A stretch of 64,000 nt of DNA from Oscillospiraceae bacterium (lineage in GTDB: Bacteria; Bacillota; Clostridia; Oscillospirales; Oscillospiraceae): positions 3,942 to 67,941 of the forward strand of contig WQSH01000001.1 of the NCBI GenBank assembly GCA_009787995.1, given 5' to 3'. The notes below the pieces were generated by a model. The model was given only the letters and a program-made list of their open reading frames with translations. It searched no databases and was not told where the DNA came from. Shown here piece after piece: positions 17,849 through 27,528 of this stretch. Within the stretch, counting starts at the first letter, position 1. Each line of letters opens with the position of its first letter. The position numbers and the translations under genes were made by a program.

Positions 17849-17863
17849 TCTGTTGCCACGCTT

Positions 17864-18400
17864 TTATACCAAAAAGCAGGCGGTGAAAGCAATTTTGTCC
17901 TGGCCGTAGTTGTAGGCTAGGCCGTTGTCAGTGCAGACTTTGCTTACGAATAAGCCGCAAGCCTCCATGGACACCTCCATTCTATCAGGGAAGCGGCAAG
18001 GCTCGTCGGGGTATGTGCAAGACTCGCATATCCTGCAAACGCCCGTGCCCATTGCCAGAATCTCGCCATATTCCTTTTTCAGCTCGCCCCAAAGCTTGGC
18101 AAAAGCCTCCTTCTGACGCATTCCAGCCTCCATAATGCCTTCCCAGTCATAGCTGTCCTCCAGTTCGCCGACTGTCTGAACAAGGATTCCCCCCTCGAAG
18201 CTCTCGACACGCTTTTGCATATCCTCAAGCGAGGCGCAGGCAGGTGGGCAAGACCATGACTTGTTGAAGTTCTCGCACTGGTCTGCATTGCACATATCGC
18301 GGACATCCTGCATGAACTCCAAAGTGGAAACCTTGAGGGGCGAGGAATGGGTAAACCCGCACTCTTCTGCGATTGCAGCAAGTTTGTCGTATTTTGACAT
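17864..18400 (-). CDS. DUF2284-type Cys-rich metal-binding protein
   Basis: Cys-rich pattern (CNADQCENFNKSWSCPPAC...CRICESCTYPDEPCRFP), as in the DUF2284 family. Confidence 0.7.
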   Translation of the reverse strand: MSKYDKLAAIAEECGFTHSSPLKVSTLEFMQDVRDMCNADQCENFNKSWSCPPACASLEDMQKRVESFEGGILVQTVGELEDSYDWEGIMEAGMRQKEAFAKLWGELKKEYGEILAMGTGVCRICESCTYPDEPCRFPDRMEVSMEACGLFVSKVCTDNGLAYNYGQDKIAFTACFLV

Positions 18401-18404
18401 AATT

Positions 18405-19955
18405 TTAATCCTCCGAAAACATAATATGTTCTATAAACGCATCGTTAAAAACTTTGCTCGTCGAAAGCTCTATATACTCGCACCTATTGCGCATATCCTC
18501 AAGCGTCTTGCGGGCGTCGTCTGAGCACAGGGCAAGCGTTGCCCCTTCGCCCGCCGTGTTGCCCATCGTCTGCGTTATTGGCAAGAAGCTTTCCGGAAAA
18601 AGCCCTACCCGTGCGGCGCTTACATGGTCCATAAAGCTGCCAAAGCCCCCAGCAAGAACGAACAGCTTTACCTCACGCTCAGTGATTCCTGCGTGTTGCA
18701 GCAGTGTCTCAATGCCTGCGGCAATAGCCGATTTTGCCAATTGAAGCTTCCTTATGTCAGTCGCTGACATATAGACACCTTTTTCGCTCCTTGACAGCCA
18801 AAACACATTGCTGCCGCCAACTTTCCCGATGTGCGACGCAATATCGTGTTCAACCTCATCCGGATCCAGCAGCCTTCCGGTTTCATCGACAGCTCCCGTT
18901 TCAAGAAGGACGGCAAGCGAATCAAGCAGTCCCGAGCCGCAAAGCCCAAGTGGGCTCTTTCCGCCTATGACCGACAGCTTCAGGCCATCTTCCCAGTTCA
19001 CGTGGTTTATAGCCCCGCTAATCGCCGCCATGCCCATCGTTATCTCCGCCCCCTCGAAAGCCGGGCCTGCGGCAGTCGCGCAGCAGTAAAACGTGTCTCC
19101 CACCTTCATGACAATCTCGCCGTTCGTGCCGATGTCAAGAAAAACGGCCGGACCTTCAACTGCATCCATATTCGCCGCAAGCATTCCTGCCGTAATATCC
19201 CCTCCAACGTAGGAAGAAATGGCAGGGGCATAGTAAAGCTTGCAGTTCCTGCCCACCGGGAGGTTTTCCCACGTTGGGTGCTCGTCGCCAAAAAGGCTGA
19301 TAGGCTCAAACGGCGCAACGCCCATGCCTACCGGAGAATATCCGGCGCAAAGATGCTGCATAATCGTGTTTGCGGCAATCGAAATGTACCCTATGTCCCG
19401 GGCCCTTTCGCCGGAGATTGTGCAGGTGTGTCGTATAAGCGATTCAATCTGCTCCCTTACAAGGGTAGTCAATCTCATATGCCCATGGTCTGAGCAGTAT
19501 TGGATACGGCTGATGACATCAGCTCCGTACGGCCTCTGCGCATTGACTCCGCTGGCTGTAGCAATGCGGATGCCGCTTCCAATGTCCGTCAGATGCGCAA
19601 CGACAGATGTTGTCCCGATGTCTATGGCAACGCCAAGCCTTTTGTTTTTAGCAGGCGGATACGGCCTGTCGGCAAATTTCAAATCCTTTGTGCCCCCTGC
19701 GCTGGCTATTTTCATGTCCATTTCTTCTGGTAAGTAAACTTCCATGTCTCCCTCAACGTGAGTACGACACGCAAGAATCTCTTCCCCTTGCGGGCTGAGG
19801 CGCACACGGCATTTTCCACATCTGCCTTTTCCGCCGCACGGTGCATCAACAAACACCCCTGCGGCACTGATTCGCTCGAGCAATGTCTCGCCAACAATGC
19901 CCGTCGTTTCACAAACAAGCTCACCTGAGCGGAATATTTTGATTATTGGGGTCAT
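18405..19955 (-). CDS. 2Fe-2S ferredoxin plus ASKHA-fold ATPase protein (corrinoid reductive-activase RACo-like, DUF4445)
   Basis: N-terminal plant-type ferredoxin Cys motif (CGGKGRCGKCRV) followed by ASKHA-like segments (VAIDIGTTSV, FLDIGTNGE). The ATG at 19955 has a GGAGGAG Shine-Dalgarno and overlaps the miaB stop (ATGA). Confidence 0.8.
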   Translation of the reverse strand: MTPIIKIFRSGELVCETTGIVGETLLERISAAGVFVDAPCGGKGRCGKCRVRLSPQGEEILACRTHVEGDMEVYLPEEMDMKIASAGGTKDLKFADRPYPPAKNKRLGVAIDIGTTSVVAHLTDIGSGIRIATASGVNAQRPYGADVISRIQYCSDHGHMRLTTLVREQIESLIRHTCTISGERARDIGYISIAANTIMQHLCAGYSPVGMGVAPFEPISLFGDEHPTWENLPVGRNCKLYYAPAISSYVGGDITAGMLAANMDAVEGPAVFLDIGTNGEIVMKVGDTFYCCATAAGPAFEGAEITMGMAAISGAINHVNWEDGLKLSVIGGKSPLGLCGSGLLDSLAVLLETGAVDETGRLLDPDEVEHDIASHIGKVGGSNVFWLSRSEKGVYMSATDIRKLQLAKSAIAAGIETLLQHAGITEREVKLFVLAGGFGSFMDHVSAARVGLFPESFLPITQTMGNTAGEGATLALCSDDARKTLEDMRNRCEYIELSTSKVFNDAFIEHIMFSED

Positions 19956-21373
19956 ATGTGCTCTCCTCCACATTCTCCAAATAATGACCATGAGTTGCAG
20001 TGCGTTATTTTTGCTTGGACAAAATGACCCACCAGCTCGCCTGCGCCGCACAGATGCACAAGCCTGCCTCCGTTCGTGCGGGCTTTGAGAGGGTAACGCT
20101 CGTCGTGCGACTCCCCATCAACCAGCACGCTTATGGATTTGCCTATGTATTTTGTGTGTTTTTTCTCCGAAATCGCATTTTGAAGCTCTAGCAGCCTGTC
20201 AAACCTGATTTGCTTTTCTTCCCGGGTAGTTGTATCTTCAAGCTCTGCGGCTGGCGTGCCTGGCCGCTTTGAGTATATGAATGTGAACATGGCGTCGAAC
20301 TGCGCCTTTTCGACAAGCCTCAGAGTGTCTTCAAATTCTGATTCTGTTTCTCCGGGGAAGCCAACTATAACATCGCTCGTTATAGTGATGTCCGGCATCT
20401 GCTGCCTGGCTTCTGCGATTTTTTCCATATATTCTTCATGTGTATACCCCCGGTTCATAAGGCTCAGTATACGGTCGCCCCCCGCCTGAAATGGCAGATG
20501 TATATGCCTTGCGGCTTTCTCGCTCTCTGCCATAGCTTTAAATAGCTCTGTGCTGGCGTCCTTAGGATGGCTGGTCATGAACCTTATTAAGAACGCTCCG
20601 TCGATATCGTTTATTTTGCGAATGAGCGTTGCAAAATCTGTTTTGCACGGAAGCCCCATTCCATATGAATTGACATTCTGGCCTAGTAAAGTTATGTCTT
20701 TGAATCCGTCTTTCACAAGCTGCTTTGCTTCTTTTAGGATTGCTTCCGGTTCGCGGCTTCTCTCCTGCCCGCGCACGTATGGCACGATGCAATATGAGCA
20801 ATGGTTGTCGCAGCCGTACATGATGGGCAGCCATGCTTTTACCGTTCCGTCGCGGTGCGCGGGAATCCCTTCTGCTATGGCTCCTTCGTTTGCGTCGGTT
20901 TCGAATATGCGGCCTTTGGCCGTGAGCGTGCGGTGCAGCAGTTCAGGGAAGCGCCATAACACGTTTGGCGAAAACATGAGGTCGACGTGTTTGTACGACT
21001 GCCGCACCTTTTCGACTGTCTCAGGTACCGCAGCCATGCATCCGCAGAACACAATTGTCTGCGTCGGCTTTGCTTTTTTTGTGTGGACGAGCGCACCGAC
21101 GTTGCCGAAAACTCGGTTTTCAGCATTTTCGCGGATTGCGCACGTGTTTATAATGACTATGTCTGCTTGGAATTCGTCGCCCGTAAAGCCATAGCCCATC
21201 TCGGCAAGCATCCCGCGCAGTTTTTCGCTATCAGATTCGTTTTGCTGGCACCCATATGTATCTACATACGCAAGCGGCTGCACCGGCCTTGCTTGCGATG
21301 ATTCGAGGATTTGCTGCATCACTTTTTTCTGATTTTCTATTTCGTTTGTCGGTATTTCGGCTCTCTCGTTCAA
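19952..21373 (-). CDS. miaB: tRNA-i6A37 methylthiotransferase MiaB
   Basis: UPF0004 N-domain (TYGCQQNESDSE), radical-SAM CDNHCSYCIVP, and a C-terminal TRAM domain. The TTG at 21373 is preceded by GGAGG; the open frame extends to 21403. Confidence 0.9.
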   Translation of the reverse strand: MNERAEIPTNEIENQKKVMQQILESSQARPVQPLAYVDTYGCQQNESDSEKLRGMLAEMGYGFTGDEFQADIVIINTCAIRENAENRVFGNVGALVHTKKAKPTQTIVFCGCMAAVPETVEKVRQSYKHVDLMFSPNVLWRFPELLHRTLTAKGRIFETDANEGAIAEGIPAHRDGTVKAWLPIMYGCDNHCSYCIVPYVRGQERSREPEAILKEAKQLVKDGFKDITLLGQNVNSYGMGLPCKTDFATLIRKINDIDGAFLIRFMTSHPKDASTELFKAMAESEKAARHIHLPFQAGGDRILSLMNRGYTHEEYMEKIAEARQQMPDITITSDVIVGFPGETESEFEDTLRLVEKAQFDAMFTFIYSKRPGTPAAELEDTTTREEKQIRFDRLLELQNAISEKKHTKYIGKSISVLVDGESHDERYPLKARTNGGRLVHLCGAGELVGHFVQAKITHCNSWSLFGECGGEHI

Positions 21374-21671
21374 GGTGTCCTCCGCGGCAGCGCTGCTGCA
21401 CAATGACTGTATTTCTACTATACTCTGTTTTCACTAATTTTTCAAGATGTTTTATAAGATTGTTGTGCATATTGATAGACGGCGCTATACTTCACGGCCA
21501 TCTTGGGCGTATACCGTGCAACATGCGTACAGTAACTTTAACACATTCTGCGACAGATTTTAATGGCAAGTTTTGGTTATAGTTTTCCTTGAAAAAATCA
21601 CCTGAATATGGTACGGTATGTTGAATAGTTGTACAGCGTGCCTAGATGGACATTATGAGGGGTGAGACTGG

Positions 21672-22736
21672 ATGAAAAACCTTGTTATCGACCTGCGTGT
21701 GGTCAGAAATAACCTTCGTGCTATTAAAGACCGCGCCGAGGGCGTTACGGTCATAGCCGATTTAAGCGCAAATGCGGGCGGAATGGGGCTGCTTCCTGTG
21801 GCACAGTTCCTTCGCGACGAGGGCATACGCAGCTTTGCCGTGTCCGATACGGAAGATGCAAAGCTTCTTCGCCAGAATGGCTTCCAGAAAGAACAAATAA
21901 TGATGCTTCGCAGCACGGCTGACCCGAACGAGATTTCCGAGCTTTTGTCGCACGGAGTTGTGTGCACTGTGGGGTCTTATGATGCCGCTGTGGCCATTAA
22001 CGGCATTGCCGAATCGCGCAAGGTCATCGCAGATGTCCAGGTGATAATAGACACGGGGCTCGGCGTTTATGGGTTTCAGCCAACGGAGCTTGATAAAGTT
22101 GCAGCCATATATAAATACATGTCCAGCTTGAAGGTTGTTGGGACTTTTACGACGTTTTCTGCTTCTTGGCGCAACAAAAAGCTCACCATATCTCAGCTTG
22201 ACAAACTAAATAGTGTTCTGGACAGGATTATTGACATGGGCTATGAGCCGGGCGCAGCGCACGCTTGTGATTCTGCGGCGCTATTTAAGTACAATTTTGA
22301 GCTTATGGATGCCGTGCGAGTCGATACGGCGCTTTCGGGCAGGATTCCCGGAAAGACCATTCAGGGACTCGCGCGCGTCGGTTATATCGAGGCGGGACTT
22401 GAGGAGGTAGGCTGGCACCCAAAGGGGCACACCATAGGCTCGGAGCGTGGCTTCGTGACGAAAGCGGCGACAAAAATTGGAATCTTATCGGTCGGCTACT
22501 ATCACGGCTTCGGCGTTGACCGCTACATTGTCGAGCGAAGTTTATTCGACATTGTGCGGTGGCGGCGCAAGACAACCTATGTCAGGATAAATGGGCACAA
22601 AGCTAATGTGCTTGGCAGCGTCGGGCTCATGCACACGATAGTGGACGTGACAAGCATCGACTGCACCGTTGGGGACATTGCCGTGATGGACGTTGACCCT
22701 GTGAATGTAAAGGGGCTGCCGATAGTTTATAGATAA
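21672..22736 (+). CDS. Alanine-racemase-fold protein apparently lacking the catalytic residues
   Basis: Collinear by eye with Alr (IIDTGLGVYG, HACDSAA, SVGYYHG). The PLP-lysine motif VVKANAYGHG is replaced by DLSANAGGMG. Confidence 0.7.
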   Translation: MKNLVIDLRVVRNNLRAIKDRAEGVTVIADLSANAGGMGLLPVAQFLRDEGIRSFAVSDTEDAKLLRQNGFQKEQIMMLRSTADPNEISELLSHGVVCTVGSYDAAVAINGIAESRKVIADVQVIIDTGLGVYGFQPTELDKVAAIYKYMSSLKVVGTFTTFSASWRNKKLTISQLDKLNSVLDRIIDMGYEPGAAHACDSAALFKYNFELMDAVRVDTALSGRIPGKTIQGLARVGYIEAGLEEVGWHPKGHTIGSERGFVTKAATKIGILSVGYYHGFGVDRYIVERSLFDIVRWRRKTTYVRINGHKANVLGSVGLMHTIVDVTSIDCTVGDIAVMDVDPVNVKGLPIVYR

Positions 22737-22747
22737 TTTGGAGAGCT

Positions 22748-24655
22748 ATGCCAAAGATTATTGAGCTTGATTCGCATGTGGCGGATTTAATAGCGGCGGG
22801 CGAGGTTGTTGAGCGGCCTGCGTCCGTCTTGAAGGAACTGATTGAAAATTCCATAGATGCCGGGGCAGGTGTCGTCACCGTCGAGATATCTGCCGGCGGC
22901 ATGACTTATATGCGAATCACCGACAATGGCTGCGGTATAGCGCCGGAAGATGTGAAAACCGCTTTTTTGCGCCATGCCACAAGCAAGCTAAGAAATGCCG
23001 AGGGGCTTGAGTCCATTGGAACTTTGGGCTTCCGGGGCGAGGCACTTGCTGCGATTGCGGCGGTGTCGCGCATTGAACTTCTTACTAGGGAGCATGGTGC
23101 GAAAGAAGGCGTACGTCTCTTGCTTGAGGCAGGCGAGGTCGTGGATTTGTCCCCTGTGGGCTGCCCGGAGGGAACGACCATTATCGTGCGCGACTTGTTT
23201 TTCAACACGCCTGCACGGCTGAAATTTATGAAATCCGACCGTGCGGAGAGCTCCGCAGCTGCATCTACCGTGACTCGCTCGGCGCTTGCGCACCCTGATG
23301 TGTCTGTCCGGTTTTTGAGGGACGGCAAAACGGATTGCCACACGCCGGGCGATTCCCGTACGGACTCCTGTATATACAGCCTGCTCGGCCGCGAGTTTTC
23401 CGCAGGGCTTTTGAGTGCGGAATCCTCTGATGAGGCGGTTTCAGTCACCGGATTTGTCTCTTCACCTGATGCCGCTCGCAGCAACAGGGGCTATCAGTTC
23501 TTTTTTGTCAATGGCAGGCCAATACGCTCGGCTACGCTCCAGGCGGCATTGGAGCAAGCTTATGTTAACCTGCTCCCCTCGGGGCGCTTTCCATCCTGCG
23601 TGCTGTATATTGCTGTAAAGCCCAGCGACGTTGACGTAAATGTCCACCCGGCTAAAACTGAGGTCAAGTTTGTTTCAGACAAGCAGGTTTTTGAGAGTGT
23701 CCGTTATGCGGCGCTCGGCGCACTTGAACGCGCCCGAGCAAGCGCTAGTTTAGAACTGGATGCGCCCCACGTATCGGAAGGTGTCGATTTTTCAGCGCCT
23801 ACCCGAGCAAAATCCCTTCCAAAGGCCTATTCGCCAAAAGGTGGCGGCGGCTTTAAATCCATGAGTGCCGATGAGTTCCGAAGCACACATGTTTCAGAGG
23901 GCTCAAATCCTTATATTGGCACGCAAGACAATAATGGCACACAGTGCGATAATAGCGCATTGCATACCGGAGCCGCCACTCCCTACAATGGTGAAAAAAT
24001 ACGGCAAGCGCAACTCGCCCCTAGCGCCCAGCTGTCGATTGTCAACTGTCAAGCACCAATCGTCAACTGCCCATCTCCCCCTGTGCCGCGAGTCATCGGA
24101 GAGGCTCTCCATACATACATTATCGTTGAATACGATGATAGCGTGTGGTTCATTGATAAACATGCTGCACATGAGAGGCTGCACTTCAACGCTTTGAAAA
24201 GCGAGAATTTCGAGCCAATGTCTCAGTCCCTCATAACTCCGGTCGTCTGTCGGCATGGCTTTGAAGATGTTTCACTCCTGCTGGAAAATGCTGGTTTGCT
24301 TGATGACTTGGGATTTGAGGCAGAGAGCTTTGGAACCGATGCGGTCGCAGTCCGCCGCATTCCCGCTGAGATTGAAATCGGCGACACCGAAGCTGTCTTA
24401 TCCGATATTTGCGCATTGCTGCGGCTTGGCGGAACTGCGGAGTCCGCCAACGCCGCCAACGCCAAGTTAGACGATATATATAAGACCGTTGCGTGCAAAG
24501 CTGCGATAAAGGCAGGGCGCGATTCCGGAACGCGCGAGCTTGAAGCGCTTGCCGCAAAGGTCATGTCAGGCGAGGTGTCGCACTGCCCGCACGGCCGCCC
24601 AGTGGCTTTTGAAATTGCGAAAGCAACGCTTGATAAGGGGTTTAAGCGAAGTTGA
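22748..24655 (+). CDS. mutL: DNA mismatch repair protein MutL (endonuclease type)
   Basis: GHKL ATPase N-terminus (AAGEVVERPASVLKELIENSIDAG, DNGCGI, GFRGEAL). C-terminal endonuclease motifs DKHAAHERLHF and CPHGRP. Confidence 0.95.
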   Translation: MPKIIELDSHVADLIAAGEVVERPASVLKELIENSIDAGAGVVTVEISAGGMTYMRITDNGCGIAPEDVKTAFLRHATSKLRNAEGLESIGTLGFRGEALAAIAAVSRIELLTREHGAKEGVRLLLEAGEVVDLSPVGCPEGTTIIVRDLFFNTPARLKFMKSDRAESSAAASTVTRSALAHPDVSVRFLRDGKTDCHTPGDSRTDSCIYSLLGREFSAGLLSAESSDEAVSVTGFVSSPDAARSNRGYQFFFVNGRPIRSATLQAALEQAYVNLLPSGRFPSCVLYIAVKPSDVDVNVHPAKTEVKFVSDKQVFESVRYAALGALERARASASLELDAPHVSEGVDFSAPTRAKSLPKAYSPKGGGGFKSMSADEFRSTHVSEGSNPYIGTQDNNGTQCDNSALHTGAATPYNGEKIRQAQLAPSAQLSIVNCQAPIVNCPSPPVPRVIGEALHTYIIVEYDDSVWFIDKHAAHERLHFNALKSENFEPMSQSLITPVVCRHGFEDVSLLLENAGLLDDLGFEAESFGTDAVAVRRIPAEIEIGDTEAVLSDICALLRLGGTAESANAANAKLDDIYKTVACKAAIKAGRDSGTRELEALAAKVMSGEVSHCPHGRPVAFEIAKATLDKGFKRS

Positions 24656-25614
24656 GCGATAAAGCTGACAAGAGAGCCCCCCCCCAGCCAGGCCTGATTG
24701 TTATCACGGGCCCAACTGCTACCGGAAAGACTGCGCTTGGGGCGCTGCTTGCCAAAAGCATAGGTGGCGAGGTTGTGTCTGCTGACTCTATGCAGGTTTA
24801 TGAGCACATGGACATCGGCACTGCAAAACCTAGCAAGGCTGAAATGCTCGGCATAACGCACCACCTACTCAGCATTGTCCCACCTTGGGAGGATTATTCC
24901 GTGGCTCGTTACATTTCGGATGCCACAGAATGCATAGACGATATCCTTAGTCGCAATATCGTCCCCATTCTCGTGGGTGGCACGGGTTTATATATTGACT
25001 CATTACTTTCCGGGCGTGAGTTTTTGGCGCGAGGCGACACTCCGTTGCGCAGGAGCCTCGAAGAGGAATATGACGACACCGGGGGCGAGGCGATGCTGCG
25101 AAGGCTCAGCGAGATTGACTCAGGACGCGCTCAACGGCTTCATGCAAATGACAAAAAGCGTATTGTACGCGCATTTGAGGTGTACGAGGCAACCGGTAAG
25201 ACCATTTCACAACATGACTTGGAAACCCAAGCCCTCCCCCCCAGATATAGCGCCCTTAAGGCTGCGCTGACTTTCTCTGATAGGGGCGTGCTTTACGCAA
25301 GGATAGACAAGCGCGTGGATGCTATGGTTTCAGAAGGGCTTGAACAGGAGGTGCGCTCACTTCTGGGCATGGGCGTAAAACCAAGCACCACAGCAATGCA
25401 GGCCATCGGATACAAGGAAATGGCAAGTGCAATCTTGGGGGAGTGCAGCATGGGCGAAGCTGTCGAAAAGATAAAGATGGAGTCGCGTAGGTATGCAAAG
25501 CGCCAGCTTTCCTGGTTGCGGCGCGATCAGAGCGTAAACTGGATTATATTTGAGAAAGCGCCCGACATAGAGGGTGCCGCAAGGAGGCTGGCGGAAGAGT
25601 ATGAAAAGAAGTGA
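24652..25614 (+). CDS. miaA: tRNA dimethylallyltransferase MiaA
   Basis: P-loop GPTATGKT and SADSMQVY. TTG start overlaps the mutL stop. Confidence 0.93.
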   Translation: MSDKADKRAPPQPGLIVITGPTATGKTALGALLAKSIGGEVVSADSMQVYEHMDIGTAKPSKAEMLGITHHLLSIVPPWEDYSVARYISDATECIDDILSRNIVPILVGGTGLYIDSLLSGREFLARGDTPLRRSLEEEYDDTGGEAMLRRLSEIDSGRAQRLHANDKKRIVRAFEVYEATGKTISQHDLETQALPPRYSALKAALTFSDRGVLYARIDKRVDAMVSEGLEQEVRSLLGMGVKPSTTAMQAIGYKEMASAILGECSMGEAVEKIKMESRRYAKRQLSWLRRDQSVNWIIFEKAPDIEGAARRLAEEYEKK

Positions 25615-26773
25615 TTTTTTTATCAGGCTGACAACAGGTGTGTTGTTTCTCGCCGTTGTGAGCTATATTGGCATTTACATTTACAATGCTGTGGCAAACA
25701 CATTTGTGACCACTCCGGCAATTAGCTACTCCATCGAAGAGACCTTTCCCGCCGAGGGCTTTATTATCCGTACGGAAGCCGTTCTTGCGGACTTTTCCGG
25801 CAATACCGTTTTGCCTATTGTGGGAGAGGGCGAAAGGGTCGCAAACGGCCAAGCTGTTGCTGTCGAGTATTTAACTAGGGAGGCTCTTGAAGCTGCTGGC
25901 GAGATTCGTTCGCTCCAAATGAGAATCGCGCAGCTTGAGGCGGCGGGCAGCGGCAGGGCATCTGATACCGCACGGCTCGAAAGCGTAATGAACCTTTCGT
26001 GGGCCGTTCGGAATGGCGATATGAGCAGATTGGACGAAATGGCGCTTAATATCGAAACACTTGTTTTCGACATCGGCGGCTCATCAGAAGCAGGATTGGA
26101 TACATTGCGGGCTAACCTTGAGGCGCTGCAGCGCCGGAATACGGGGGTGCGGACTTTGTTTGCACCGTTTAGCGGCACTTTTTCCCAAGTGGTAGACGGC
26201 TTTGAGCACGTCGAGCCGCGCACACTAAACGACATCTCACCCACAGGGCTCGGCGAATTGTTTGAATCCCCATCGCGGGTAACAGGCGTTGGCAAGCTTG
26301 TAACTTCATTCAAATGGTACTTTGCTGCTGTTATGGACGCAGAAGACGCCAGGCGTCTCCGCATCGGCAACCAGGTGACTTTGCAACTCTCCGACGCCTT
26401 TCACGCAGACAAAAGCATGCTGGTCGAAAGCATTAGCAGGCGAGACGATGACGGAATGAGCGTTGTGGTGTTCTCAAGCGATAGGGGCATACACGATGTT
26501 GTGGGCTTGCGCCGGATGAGCGCTGAAATAGTTTTTGATGTTATTTCCGGCATTCGCGTACCGAAGGAGGCGCTGCATCTCGACGACGATGGGACTTTGT
26601 TCATCTTCTTGCAAACAGGAGCGCGCGCCGAACGGGTCAATATAGAGGTTATTCGCGAGTACGGAGATGTTTTTCTCGTGCGCGACGGCATAGAAACAGG
26701 CTCACCGCTGCGGTCAGGGTCTACAATAATAGTTAGAGCAAATAATCTGTATCACGGCAAGGTTGTAGGATAA
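25601..26773 (+). CDS. HlyD-family / membrane-fusion-like protein
   Basis: N-terminal TM anchor, then a coiled-coil-rich middle and a beta-barrel-like C-terminus. ATG at 25601 overlaps the miaA 3' end. Confidence 0.55.
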   Translation: MKRSDFFIRLTTGVLFLAVVSYIGIYIYNAVANTFVTTPAISYSIEETFPAEGFIIRTEAVLADFSGNTVLPIVGEGERVANGQAVAVEYLTREALEAAGEIRSLQMRIAQLEAAGSGRASDTARLESVMNLSWAVRNGDMSRLDEMALNIETLVFDIGGSSEAGLDTLRANLEALQRRNTGVRTLFAPFSGTFSQVVDGFEHVEPRTLNDISPTGLGELFESPSRVTGVGKLVTSFKWYFAAVMDAEDARRLRIGNQVTLQLSDAFHADKSMLVESISRRDDDGMSVVVFSSDRGIHDVVGLRRMSAEIVFDVISGIRVPKEALHLDDDGTLFIFLQTGARAERVNIEVIREYGDVFLVRDGIETGSPLRSGSTIIVRANNLYHGKVVG

Positions 26774-26805
26774 ATATTTTTATTGACTATGGAGTACGAG
26801 CGTAC

Positions 26806-27495
26806 ATGATGGACATTACAGAAAACATAAAACGCATCCTTGCAGAAATCTCCGAGCTTGCTGCATTGTCTGGGCGCACGCCTGACGATATTACGCTTGT
26901 TGCGGCGGCAAAGACTAGGACTGCACGTGAGGTGCGGCAGGCTATTGAAGCTGGGGTCGATGCCATTGGCGAAAACCGCGTTCAAGAGATGCTGGCCAAA
27001 AATTCCGAGGGCGCTTATGTAGGCTCGCCCTTACACTTTATCGGCACATTGCAATCGAACAAAGTCCGGCAAATCGTCGGCGTTTGCGACCTTATCGAAT
27101 CAGTTGACTCCCCCGCCCTGATAGAGCTTATTGGCAAAAAAGCAGTGTCGCTTGGAGTCGTGCAGAACATCCTGATTGAGGTCAACATAGGCAGAGAACC
27201 GCAAAAGTCCGGCATATTGCCTGAAAAGATGGATGAAACGCTAGGACTTATTTCACAAACTGAGGGTATAAATATGCTCGGTTTGATGGCAATTCCGCCA
27301 ATTTATGAAAAAAATGAAAGAAATTGTTACTATTTTGACGCAATGTTGAAGCTTTTTATTGACATTAGGGCAAAGAAATATGATAATATCTCTGTGCAAT
27401 TTCTGTCAATGGGTATGAGCGACAGCTATGCTGATGCTATTCGAGCCGGATCAAACATGGTGAGGATAGGCTCTGCTATCTTTGGCGTGCGCTGA
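26806..27495 (+). CDS. yggS: YggS/YlmE-family PLP-binding protein
   Basis: LVAAAKTRT (PLP lysine), HFIGTLQSNK, and the SMGMSDSYADAIRAGSNMVRIGSAIFG tail. Confidence 0.9.
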   Translation: MMDITENIKRILAEISELAALSGRTPDDITLVAAAKTRTAREVRQAIEAGVDAIGENRVQEMLAKNSEGAYVGSPLHFIGTLQSNKVRQIVGVCDLIESVDSPALIELIGKKAVSLGVVQNILIEVNIGREPQKSGILPEKMDETLGLISQTEGINMLGLMAIPPIYEKNERNCYYFDAMLKLFIDIRAKKYDNISVQFLSMGMSDSYADAIRAGSNMVRIGSAIFGVR

Positions 27496-27528
27496 GCAAA
27501 AACGAAGGATTTAAGGAGGATTCCTAAA

